64,000 nucleotides of DNA from Felis catus (lineage: Eukaryota). Where the stretch lies: the NCBI RefSeq assembly GCF_018350175.1, contig NC_058383.1, forward strand, positions 2,480,001 to 2,544,000, read 5' to 3'. The notes beneath the pieces were generated by a model. It saw only the letters and a program-made list of their open reading frames with translations, ran no database searches and was not told where the DNA came from. Both the position numbers and the translations under genes were made by a program. Below, piece after piece: positions 1 to 11,798 of this stretch. How positions within the stretch are numbered: position 1 is the first letter of the stretch; each line of letters opens with the position of its first letter.

Positions 1-168
<168 letters not shown>

Positions 169-838
169 TTAACCATGCTGGGTGGGGTGCGGCGGGGGGC
201 CCGGGGGACCGGGAAGGCAGGGCACAGCAGGGCCCGCCACGGGCACCGTGAGCGCAGGAGACTCTGTGCCAGGGAAGCAGGGAAAGAGTCGCTGTCTCTT
301 GGGATCCTTAAGCAGCTTATTATTTAAGAATTTTATCACCTGGAAAGAAGCATAAACCCCACTCCTGCTCAGGAACATCCCGATGCCTACTGTTCTGTCC
401 TCGCTCTTATCAGAGCCGAGAGGAGCAGTGCTGTCTGTCCAGACATTTCACAGGTGAAATGTGAAGCAAAGACAGGGCTGATCCCCCGTCCCGATGCTTC
501 CCCTGAAATATCAATTAATCTGCTTCGATTAACCCAGATTCATTCTCTGCTCCAAATCCTCACCTCCAACACCAGGCAGCCGATCCCGGGGGAGTAACTG
601 AGGGGGGAGCGGCGAGAGAGCCTTTCTTCCTCTCCTCGCAGATGTGTTCGCGGCTGCTACCCCTCCCCTGCCTCCTCTTTCACCCCTGTAAACCGTTCCG
701 TGGTGGGAAACGCACGGAGACCCCTGATGTTTTAACCAATCCCAGGGAGCTGAGAGTTGAATTTCTCGGGATCTGTAAGGGCAGCTGGGTTTGTCACAGA
801 GCCCGGGCGGCGGCCTCCGTGGGAACGGACACGGATTA

Positions 839-1417
<579 letters not shown>

Positions 1418-2379
1418 TTAAGAGCGCTCCGAAAAGCACCGTATGTCCCTTAGCAACTTCCCGGGGTAACTTTTATGGGGTGGACCAGACTGCAGAATGG
1501 GGGAAGGTGTCTCCCCACCAGGTATGGAATCCACTCCAGTGCCTTTCTCGGTGGCCCTGAGTCTGATTCTCAGACTCGGGGTCTCCCCTCAAGAACCCAC
1601 GTTATCTACAGGGAGCGAGGTGGCCAAGAGCTCAGGGTTCTGGGCTCTGCCGCCCTGACTTGACCCCAGAGCAGCCGGTACGGGTTTGTCCCTGCGGGTT
1701 TCCCACAAAATTCTATCTGGACAAGCTTCGCACTGATGCGAAAAGAACAGCGTGAGGCTCTCTGGATTCGCAGCATCTCTGACCTGAAGGACCGACCCGC
1801 AGGGCTGAAAGAGTGGCTTCGTAGACAAGATCGTGACTATGTCTGGAAATGGGGCAAGTGGCGACGTGCTGAGCTTTACCCCTCGAGAGGGGAGTGTCAG
1901 GGAGCGGGACCAGGAGAAGACTTCTCAGACCTTTGTCACTAAGCGTGTCTGCCTCCCTAAACTGATCGACCACATAAAACATCCGAATCAAGACTGCTTT
2001 CAAGGGCTGCAGGGAAGTGGGGGACCAAAGGGGTGAGCACCCTTTCTCAATATAGGCTTGGCGATAGGGGAGAAGGATCGCAAGATGCCTCGCAGGCAGG
2101 GGGTGGCGGCTTTAGCAAGGAACTACTGTGGCACCCCCGTGGAAGGGAAGCAAGGAAGAGAGAGGCACGCAAGGAAGCGGTCTGGGGCTCGGGAATGACC
2201 TAGGGACTCTGCCGGCCAGATGTTCTTTCACGTTCTAGGCACGTGTCTCACTATTACCACATCTCCAAGGAAATACAACGCAGGACAAAGTCATAGAAGG
2301 GAAACTCGTAAGTCGCTGCCACAGGTTAAGGTCTCCGAGCCCTAGCTATGACAGCACAGACACCTCTCCTCCTGGTCAC

Positions 2380-2381
<2 letters not shown>

Positions 2382-2411
<30 letters not shown>
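2382..2411. repeat. A30 homopolymer (T30 on the CARD11 sense strand)
   Basis: Direct count. Confidence 0.95.
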
Positions 2412-2414
<3 letters not shown>

Positions 2415-2559
2415 TCCTCGGCATCTTGGAAGGTCAGCCCCAGGGCCCGGTGCTGGGTCCAGATCCCCAGTCCCATCCAAGTGGGCATGGAGGGCTAGCA
2501 CGGCGGGGTGCTTCCTGGGCCAGACGCTTTGCCAAAGACTTATAGTGCTGGGTTTCAGC

Positions 2560-2705
2560 AATCCTGGGGCACAGGGGTCGTTTTCATTACTGCCGTTGAC
2601 AAATGAGGAAACTGAGGCCAAAAGCCAACTCAGGGACAAAGCCAGAGGCCAGGAGTCAGATTCAAACTCAAATGTACAGGACGTCAAGGCTCATGGCCTT
2701 TCACA
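2560..2705 (-). mobile_element. MIR fragment
   Basis: ccgttgacaaatgaggaaactgaggc...ggagtcagattcaaactc matches the MIR core in reverse. Confidence 0.7.
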
Positions 2706-2769
2706 GAAATGGTCTACTGCCTGCTACGTCACTGACTTAATTCACCTGAATCCTAGTGCATTGTTTACT

Positions 2770-3445
2770 GATCTGTCTGCTTCAACTAAATTGTAAGTGA
2801 CCCGAGCAGAAGTCGGGTTATTTATCCCCGTGTCCCCCCAGTGCTTAGCACTGTGCCTTACACATGGCAGGTACTTCATAAATATTCCGAGTCTATTTTC
2901 CACCCAGCAGCCAGAGTAATCCTTCTAGATATAAATCAGTTGTCACTCTCCAGCTCTCAATCCTTCAGTGGCTTCCCATCACGAATAGAGCAAGTTCCAA
3001 AGGTCTTAACCATGTCCTTACGAGCCGGACCTTGGCCATCTCTCTGTGCCCTTGCTCACGTGGCTCCGGCCCCTATCGGCACTCTCGCTGGTTCTCCAGT
3101 GAGCACGCCCCCTACTTGGGGCCTTTTATTTGTTCTTTGCTCTTCCCCAGGGCCTCACGTGGCTAGCTCCCTCTCTGTCCTCAGACCTCTACTCATGCGT
3201 TCCCTTCTCAGAGACCCTTCCTGACCATCCTTGTTAAAAGAGCCACCCCCACTCCCTATCCTCACTCTTTTCTTCCTTCTTCTTAATAGCACTTATTACT
3301 ACCAGCTCTTTATGTATTTGTTTTCTGATTAGCATGTGAGCTCCGTGACAGCCGGGCCTTGGTCTTGAGTTATGCATCCCTGGAAAAGAGCCTGGTGCAC
3401 GGCGGCACTCAGTAAATTAAAGGGATGAATGAGTTAAGCAAATGC
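2770..3445 (+). mobile_element. L2 LINE 3' fragments
   Basis: Typical L2 motifs: cttagcactgtgcc...ataaatatt; ccttcagtggcttcccat; gagacccttcctgaccatcc; agcatgtgagctccgtga; gatgaatgag tail. Confidence 0.75.
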
Positions 3446-3689
3446 TCCTTCCCCTTCTCCATTTTGGAGGTAAACTCGTTAATGACATCAATCATTTGGC
3501 TGGTGGATTGTTCACCGATAAGCGTATTGACCACCCCACGGAGCCACGCTGAGCTCTGCGGATACAGCTGAGCAGAGTCTTGGTCTAAAAGACGAGGGCT
3601 CCGTCCGTCTCCTCGCTGGTTTTCCCGGGAGCCACTCACTCACTCACAGTCTAGGCCCCTGGGTTCGCCACCTCTCCACCTCACCCGGC

Positions 3690-4680
3690 TTTGCACAGGA
3701 CTGCGAGCACAGGTCTGCACACGCGCACGGTGGCTCTGGGCCCCAGCAGGTGGCGGGGAGCCCCAGTGGGTCCGTGTGCGCATGTCTGCACCTTCGTCTG
3801 GAGGGTTCACTGGGGAGGGGCGAGGCGGAGGCAGCCCGAGCAGGGGCGGGAAGCCCCACTGGGTCCGTGTGCGCATGTCTGCACACGCGCGGGGCGGCTC
3901 CGGGCCCTGCACCGGCGCCGAGCCGCGCCGGGTAGGCCTGCGCAGGCGCGCGGCGGGTGCAGGCACCCCGCCCGCGGAGAACACCGTGCCCTCCCGTCCC
4001 CCTCGCCCGGCGGCCCGAGCGGCGCCGGCGGCCCGTGTGCGCCTGCCCGCACCCGCCCGCCTGGCGGCCTCGAGCCCGCGGGCCCCCCGCGCCTGCCGCT
4101 CACCTCGAGTTGGAGGTCTCGGCTCCTCATGACCGCCATGTTCTTCTCCTCGCTGAGCTGGGCGTAGCGCATGGCCAGGTTGTAGTTGTCGTCCTTCACC
4201 TTGACCAGCTCGTCGTTGTAGCTGTCGCGCTCCTCCTTCATCTTGTAGTACCGCTCCTGGAAGGTCAGCAGCTCCACCCGCGTCAGCGTCAGCTGCTTCT
4301 TCTCGTCCTCCAGCTGGCGCGACTTGGCCAGCAGCTCGCACCGCTGCAGGTCCTTGGCCTTCATCTGCTGCTGCAGCTTGATGACCTCGTTCATCAGGAA
4401 GTGCGTGAGGCCCTCGTGGCCCTCCTCCACTGCGGAGAGGTGGGGGGAGCGGAGGGGGTCCCGTCGGCTCCCGCACGCGCCGACGCGTCAGCGAGCTCCC
4501 ACTGCCCCCCAGGCCCCGGGCTCTCGCGGCGAGCCGGACGGCCTCGGCCGGGCTTCCGGCGGGAAGCAGACGGACACCGACCCGGCAGACGACCCCGCAC
4601 TGACAGAACCCCAGACGGAGAGGCTTTCGCAAAGAAGAGGCGCGGGGGCTGTGAACGCGGGCAGCAGGGGGCCAGATCCA
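3690..4680. promoter_or_regulatory. Intragenic CpG island spanning exon 5
   Basis: Very high GC and CpG density by eye, extending into both flanking introns. Confidence 0.8.
4104..4429 (-). CDS. CARD11: CARD11 exon 5 (326 nt, LATCH and start of coiled coil)
   Basis: (V)[33 protein letters not shown]...[11 protein letters not shown]; acceptor ctctccgcag, donor GAG|GTGAGC. Confidence 0.98.
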
Positions 4681-5366
4681 GCCTGGTGGGCAGAGGGCTC
4701 GGAAGGCTCCCCGATGGTGGAGCTGAAAGGCCGAGGGAGTTAAACACGTTCTAGAAAGGTGGAAAAACACCGCCAAAGCCCTACGGGGAGGACGGGGGCA
4801 CTTGGCACGTTTAGGAAACCGAAGGCAGACCGAAGTGGCTGGAGTCCGGAGAGAGGGAGAGGCCGAACGAGGCTGGGAGTGTCAGCCCGGGCGGGAGGGA
4901 GTGGGCTTGGTGGGCCCCAATGAAGGCCTGGGCCTTTAGTTGGATGCCGTGGAAAACCATGAAAGGTTGCCGGAGGGGAGGGCAACACGAGGAGTGGAGA
5001 AAGCAGGGAGCAGAGGGGGATGGATGCAGAGAGCGGATGGGGCTGGAGGAGCGTGGACTGGGGTAGTGGGGGAGATGGGCGGAAGGCTGTTCCGAGAACA
5101 TTTAGGGAGGGAAGCTAACGCGATTACCAAGGGCTCTGGCCCAGGGATGCTGGCAAGACAGTGGGCAAGGCAAGGACCGGCTCCAGGGGGTAGTGCGAAC
5201 TTCTGTTCCACCCCACCAGCATTCCCTGGGGGGATGTCCCGTGAACACCCGCTTCTCTTGGCTCCTGCTGTGGTTTCCCTGTCGTCTGTCCTTGATCACC
5301 AGGCAGAAATGAGTGGTTGACAGCCCACAAGTGACACTGTCACAACGTCATAGATTCATAGCTTTA

Positions 5367-5705
<339 letters not shown>

Positions 5706-6523
5706 CTAAGAAGACAGCCTCGCCACATCCTGTCACTCTCGGGCTGTATCTGGGAGTCCAGATACCATCAATCAAAGTGCCGGGCCCTCAACAGGGATTC
5801 AGTGGCTGTTAGTTTTCCTTTCTCTAAGAAATTGGTGGAACGAGGATAAATGGAATTGCAGTTACGGGAAACCCACGGTTTCAAAGAGCTTGCCAGTTGA
5901 CCGGGGCTAAAATTAACCATACAGGCCCCAGGTCTTCTGTGATTGAAGGAGGTTGGAAGTACAACAGCAATTATAGAAAATGTATGGTTTTCTGCGATTC
6001 AGAGCAGGAAGACAGATCTGTGGGCGGAGAGCTGGGAAGTCCCAGGAAGCAGGCACAGCTCCACGATTTGCGGGATTATCTCCTAGTCCGGAAACATCTC
6101 TAAACTTAATGTAATTTGCTCAGCGTTTCCGTTTCTCTCCTGATTCCACTCGTCACTTAACATTTCTTGGCCCTTCCTCAAACGTTTTATTTTCAGATAG
6201 TTCTTCCTGGGAGGTCCCCAAACTCCCTACCTTTCCCCCAGGACAGACGTGATAAATAAGTTTCATCTCGTGTTAACTGGTTGTTTGGTGAAGCTGCCTG
6301 GAGCATGTGTTGAGAGGGATTCTGAAGTGACATGGGAGCCCAGGAGGAAACCAAGCTGTGATTAGTGACGTCTGTCATGTATGCAAAAGAGAGTCACAGT
6401 GTTTGAGCTACTTATCACCAGGCGTACTGTGGGGAAGTGATTTTCAAACCTTTTCAACTGTGAGCCACAGAAAGAAATGTATGTTACATCGTGGCCTTGT
6501 GCATGCAGGTGTTTATGCACACG

Positions 6524-6605
6524 CGTGTGTGTGTGTGTGTGTATGTATATATATATACACATATATACATAGTATATATATATGTATATATGTGTATATA
6601 TATAT
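6524..6605. repeat. Compound (TG)n/(TA)n microsatellite, probably inside a hAT remnant starting near 6437
   Basis: Direct inspection; flank begins gtgattttcaaaccttttcaactgtgagccacag. Confidence 0.85.
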
Positions 6606-6659
6606 GAAACCAAAACAACTTTACAAACCTTACCCATACCTTTGAAGGATGTGATAAAG

Positions 6660-7082
6660 TGTCATGGACCCCTGGACAGTCTGGAAAAGTCTCAGGATGG
6701 TATTTTTAAACAGATAAAAAGGAACTGGATGATAAAGGGAATCCATTCTAATAAGACGCCGTTATCAAATATTAAATTTGCGATTCAGTAATAAAAGTGC
6801 TCCTTTGCCAATGCATTAACACCATCTCTTGGCTGGTGTGAGAACCACTATAACTTTCAGGGTGAGAGGAGTGTAAATGGTGTTTTGGAAGAGCTGTAAC
6901 AGCTGCAGTGAGGTATGAAGATGTCTGTAATTCTTATTGTTGTCATACAGCGTCACAGACGCTGCTAATCACTACCGTGATTTACTGCCTACCTACATTC
7001 GTAATTGATGGAGACGCTAAATCTCACTTTAGGCTAGTAATATAAAGATGCAACCCCCCCCCTCCAAGTTCACGGACCCTCT
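6660..7082 (+). mobile_element. hAT-Charlie DNA transposon remnant, MER119-like
   Basis: catggacccctggacagtctgg...ataaagatgcaa...tccaagttcacggaccc; collinear similarity with a second copy at ~49150-49610. Confidence 0.7.
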
Positions 7083-7254
7083 CAATTCTGCATAGAGTTT
7101 GGTTGGGGGGACGGGGTGGGCACAAGTCTGTTGACGCCTGTTAAAAAATCCCTGACCTGGAGACATTGGGCTTTGGTACAGCCCACTAGAGCGCATTTCC
7201 TGAAGCTGTCACAAGAGGTCGCCCCCCTCTCCCCCGGGGGGTTCCTAAGGTCAC

Positions 7255-7467
7255 CTGCCCGGTTGATCTTGGACGGCAGCATGGGTGCACTGAGCACTTC
7301 GTCCTCATCCTGCTCATCGATGACCTTGCACTGGCGCAGGTAGGGGGTGAGCTTGGCTGGGTTGATGTAGCGACTCAACATGTGCCGGTTGCACTCCACG
7401 TTCTCCCACAAGGCGTCCTCCTCATCCCTCAGTGTCTCCATATAGTCGTCCGTCTCTGGCCCTCCTC
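7255..7467 (-). CDS. CARD11: CARD11 exon 3 (213 nt, N-terminal half of CARD)
   Basis: (G)[70 protein letters not shown]; acceptor ccaaaaaag, donor CAG|GTGACC. Confidence 0.96.
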
Positions 7468-8275
7468 CTTTTTTGGACGTAAGCCCCGACAAGGTTAATA
7501 AAGGAGCCTCCCTGGAATAGCTCCATGAACTCTTTTAGCGTGAGCTCTAGAATATGTTGTTGAGTTAAAAAAAAGTAGACCCAAGTACATACGGCATTTT
7601 ACCTCTTATTTCGGAATGGAAAGGACACGAACGCAGATATATTTTTCTTACCTGCTACACATAAACAATGGACAAATAAGCCATAAAATTTTTAAAAAAT
7701 TATTTATGGAGAGAGGGCGGAAGTTTTGCAGTTGGAGTATATCCTTTCCATCCAAGTTTTTATATCTTAGTAAGAATTTATCTTCCCCCAAACAATATAT
7801 AGTATTGTTTTTTGTTTTACAATTTCACGTAAAAGACATCATATTGTATGCTTCCTTGTTTCCTTCTTGAACTTGCTTTTTTCTCTCTACATCTTTTGAG
7901 ATTTATCTACCTTGATACATACAGGTCTAATTCATTTTTTCTTAAAGAAACAGTTTTATTGAGATATAATTCATGTGCCATACGATTCACCTTTTAAAAT
8001 CCAATGGGTACAATCCAGTAGTTTTTAGTATATTCACAGAGTTGTGCAACCATTACAATTAATTTTAGAACATTTTCATCATCAACCCCAAAAGAAACGC
8101 CATCACCCCATTAGCTGTCTCCTCCCCTTCTCCCTCCAGCACCTGCCCCCCAGTGGGAGGCACCCACTAATCTACTTTCTGTCTCTACAGATTTATCTAT
8201 TCGGGATGTTTCATAGGAGTGGAATCACACGACAGATGGTCTTCTGTGACTGGCTTCTTTCACTGAGCAGAACGT

Positions 8276-8533
8276 TTTTTTAAAAAATTAAAAAAAATAA
8301 TTTCATGTTTATTTTTGAGAGAGAGAGAGCGAGACAGAGCGAGAGAGAGACGTAGTGTCAGCAGGGGAGGGGCAGAGGGAGAGGGAGACACAGAATATGA
8401 AGCAGCTCCAGGCTCCGAGCTGTCAGCACGGAGCCCCACGTGGGACTCGAACCCACGAACCGTGAGACCAACCGTGAGACCACGGACTGAGCTGAAGTCG
8501 GACGCTTAACCGACTGACCCACCCAGGCGCCTC
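8276..8533 (-). mobile_element. Can-SINE (SINEC) with an internal 12-bp duplication aaccgtgagacc (8458-8481)
   Basis: T-rich tail, (GA)n, gaagtcggacgcttaaccgactga, caggcgcc head. Confidence 0.92.
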
Positions 8534-9220
8534 AAGTAGAACATTTCGACGGCTCATCCATGCTGTAGCATATTTCAACACTTCATCTCTTCCTACTGAT
8601 GATTAATTTTTCACTGTATGGCCACATCACATCGTTTATCCATCCACTGGTGAACGTTTGGGTGGCTTCTATTTATTGGCTATTATAAATTAGGTTGTTA
8701 TGAAGAGACACGTATGGGTTTTTGTGTAGACCTATGTTTTTATATGCCGTGGGCATCTCCGTGGGCAGATACGGAGATGGGGGAAAGCTGAGCCACACGG
8801 AAAGCCCAAGGTTTACATTCTGAGGAACTGGCAGAGTGCCTGCACCAATTTACATTCCTGCTAGCAACGTCCGAGGGCTCTGTTACCCACATCCTTGCCG
8901 ACACTTGTGGTTGTCTGTCTTTTCACTCTGGCCATCTGCGTGGGTGGGAAGTGGTAGGTCAGGGTGGTTTTCATTCGCATTTCTCTAATGACTAATGACG
9001 TTGAGCATCCTTTCATGTGCATATTGACCATCTGTGTTCAAACCTTTTGTCCATTTTTAAATTGGGTTGTTTGTCCTTATTATTAAGTGGTAGGAATTCT
9101 TTATGTGATCTGCATTAAGTCCCTCCTCAGATACGTGATTTGTAAGCATTTCCTCCCATTCTGTTGGTTATATTTTCACTTTCTTAAAGGGTTTATGTGC
9201 AGCACAAAAGCTTTTAGTTT

Positions 9221-9440
9221 TTTTTTTTAGTTTTTAAATGTTTTTATTTATTTTTGAGAGACAGAGGGAGACAGAGTGTGAGCAGGGGAGGGGCAGAGAG
9301 AGAAAGACACAGAATCTGAAGAGGCTCCCGGCTCTGAGCTGTCAGCACAGAGCCCGACACGGGGCTCGAACTCACAAGCCATGAGATCATGACCTGAGCT
9401 GAAGTCAGACGCTTAACCAACTGAACCACTCAGGCGCCCC
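9221..9440 (-). mobile_element. Can-SINE (SINEC)
   Basis: Full consensus structure; TSD caaaag(c/a)ttttagttt on both sides. Confidence 0.95.
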
Positions 9441-9636
9441 CAAAAGATTTTAGTTTTGATGTACTCCAGTTTATTTGGTGTATATCTAAAAGACCATTGC
9501 CTAACTCAAGGCTATGAAGAATTGCTTCTATTTTTTTCTAAGAGTTTTATCCTTTTAGCTCTTACATTTATGCCCATGATACATTTTGAATTAATATTTG
9601 TCTATGGTGTGAGGTAAAGGTTCAAATGTTTCTTTC

Positions 9637-9842
9637 TTTTTTTTTTAAGTTTATTCATTTATTTTGAGAGAGAGAGAGAAAGCGTGAGTCAGGGAGGGGC
9701 AGAGAGAGAGGGACTCAGAGAATCCCAAACAGGCTCTGAGCTGTCAGCATGGAGCCTGACACGGGGCTCAAACTCATGAACCGTGAGATCATGACCGGAG
9801 CTGAACTTGGACACTTAACCGACTGAGCTGCCTAGGCACCCC
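9637..9842 (-). mobile_element. Can-SINE (SINEC)
   Basis: T tail, (GA)n, gggctcaaactc B-box region, ggcacccc head. Confidence 0.92.
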
Positions 9843-11633
9843 TCAACTGTGTTCTTTTCAGGTGGATACTTAGTTGTCCCAACATAATTCATTGAAAAGA
9901 TTATTCTTTCCCCATTGAATGGCCTTGGCACCTTTGTCAAAAAGCAACTTGTGTTTATTTCTGGGCTCTCACATCTATTGCATCAGCCTGTATGTCTATT
10001 TATGCTAGCATCACACTGTCTTTGTTACCGTAGATGTGTAGTGAGTTTTGAAAAGTATGAGTCCTCTGACCTTGTTCCTTCTTTTTAACATTGTTTTGGT
10101 TGGTCACAGCCCCTTGCAATTCCATATGAATTTAAGGATCAATCTGCGAGAAAAAGTACTGGGGTTTTTGCTACTGAACCCACTGAATATGTAGATACAC
10201 TTGGAGAGTATTATTATCTAACTGTAGTGTCTTATGATCTATGAAGACGTGGTGTCTTTTCATTTATTTAGATCTTTCATTTCTTCCAGCAATTTTTTGT
10301 AGTTTTCAGGGTACAAGTCTTGAACTTCTTTTGCTAAATGTGTTGCGAAGTATTTTATTCTTTTTGATGACACCGTAGACGTGAACTGTTTTCTTCATTT
10401 CATTTGTGGGATGTTCACTGCTAGCGTATAAACACACAATTGATTCTTCTCTATTGATCTCTTATCCTGCAATGTGACCAAAATGATTTCTTAGTGCTAA
10501 TAGTTTGCTAGTGGAATCCCTACGATTTTTCTCTGTACAAGATAATGTCATCTACAGTTGGAGATAGTTTTACTTCCTTCTTTTCAATCTGGATGCCTTT
10601 TAATTCTTTTTCTTGTCTAATTGCCCTGGCTAGCACCTCCAGCACAATGCTAAATAGGAGTGGCAAGAATAGATAAACTTGTCTTGTTCTTAATCTTAGG
10701 GGAAAAGCATCAATTCTTTTGTCATTAAGTATAATGCTGTTTGGTTGGGGGGGGTGTAAGTGTGGGGGGAGTTTAGATACCCTTTATCAGGTTGGGAGAT
10801 ATCCCTTACATTCCTGGTTTGTTGAGCGCTTTTGTCATGAAAGGGCATTTGATGTTAGTGCTTTTTCTGCATCCATTAGGATTGCCATGTGGCTTTTGGT
10901 TTTGATTCTGTTAATACGGTGTATTACATTAATTGATTTTCAGGCACTAGAAAAACCTTGCATTCTTCATATAAAGCCCACTTAGTCATGGTGTGTAATT
11001 ATTTTTATATGCTGTTGGATTCAATTTGGTAGCATATTTTTGAGGATTTTTGCATCTTTGTTCTTAAGAGATATTAATCAGTAATTTTTTTTTTTTTTTT
11101 ACTTGTGATGGTTTTGATATTGGGGTAATACGGGCCTCATAGAATAGTTGGGAAATGTTCCGTTTTTCTATTCTTTGGAAGAGTGTGTGTGAAGAGTTTT
11201 CTCCTTTGTTTGGTAGAATTCACCAGGGAGGACATCTGGGCCCAGGCTCTTCTTTGTAGGCAGGTTTTTGATCACTAATTCTTTACTTGTCACAGGTCTG
11301 CTCAGATTTCCCGTGTTCCTTGAGTCAGTTTCAGTAGTTCGTGTCTTTGTAGGTATTTGTCCATTTCATCTGTTGTCTAATTTACTGGGAACAGTTGCCC
11401 ATGTTACTCCTTTATAGCGTTTTTATTTACGTAAGGTTGGTAGTAATGTTCTCTCTTTTATCTCTGATTCTGCTAGTCAGAATCATGCTCTCCTGGAGCT
11501 ACGTGCCCTTGAAACTCTAATGAGGGACGTTTTGGCTTAATTAGGGGGAACAAAGTATTTTAACTTCTCACTGTCCCTGCCATCATATTTTGAAACCAGG
11601 GCTTCTCTCTTCTCAGTTCCTGGCCTGTCATTC

Positions 11634-11637
<4 letters not shown>

Positions 11638-11704
<67 letters not shown>

Positions 11705-11798
11705 GGGGAGGGAGTGAGAAGCAGAGGGGGGAGGGAGAGGAAGGATACAAGGGGAGGGGGAGGGAAAAGGGGAGGGGGAGGGGGAGAGAAGGGGGAGA
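11638..11798. repeat. (GA)n microsatellite followed by a G/A-rich tract
   Basis: About 31 GA units, then almost pure purines. Confidence 0.95.

Noticed and set aside
1555..1581. Short hairpin gagtctga-ttc-tcagactc
   Set aside because: Only 8 perfect pairs; consistent with chance or a MITE remnant.
3640..4776. 378-aa minus-strand ORF and 265-aa plus-strand ORF (3957-4754) overlapping exon 5
   Set aside because: Shadow frames of a GC-rich exon and CpG island; low-complexity Ala/Gly/Arg/Pro or Leu-rich, with no recognisable domain.
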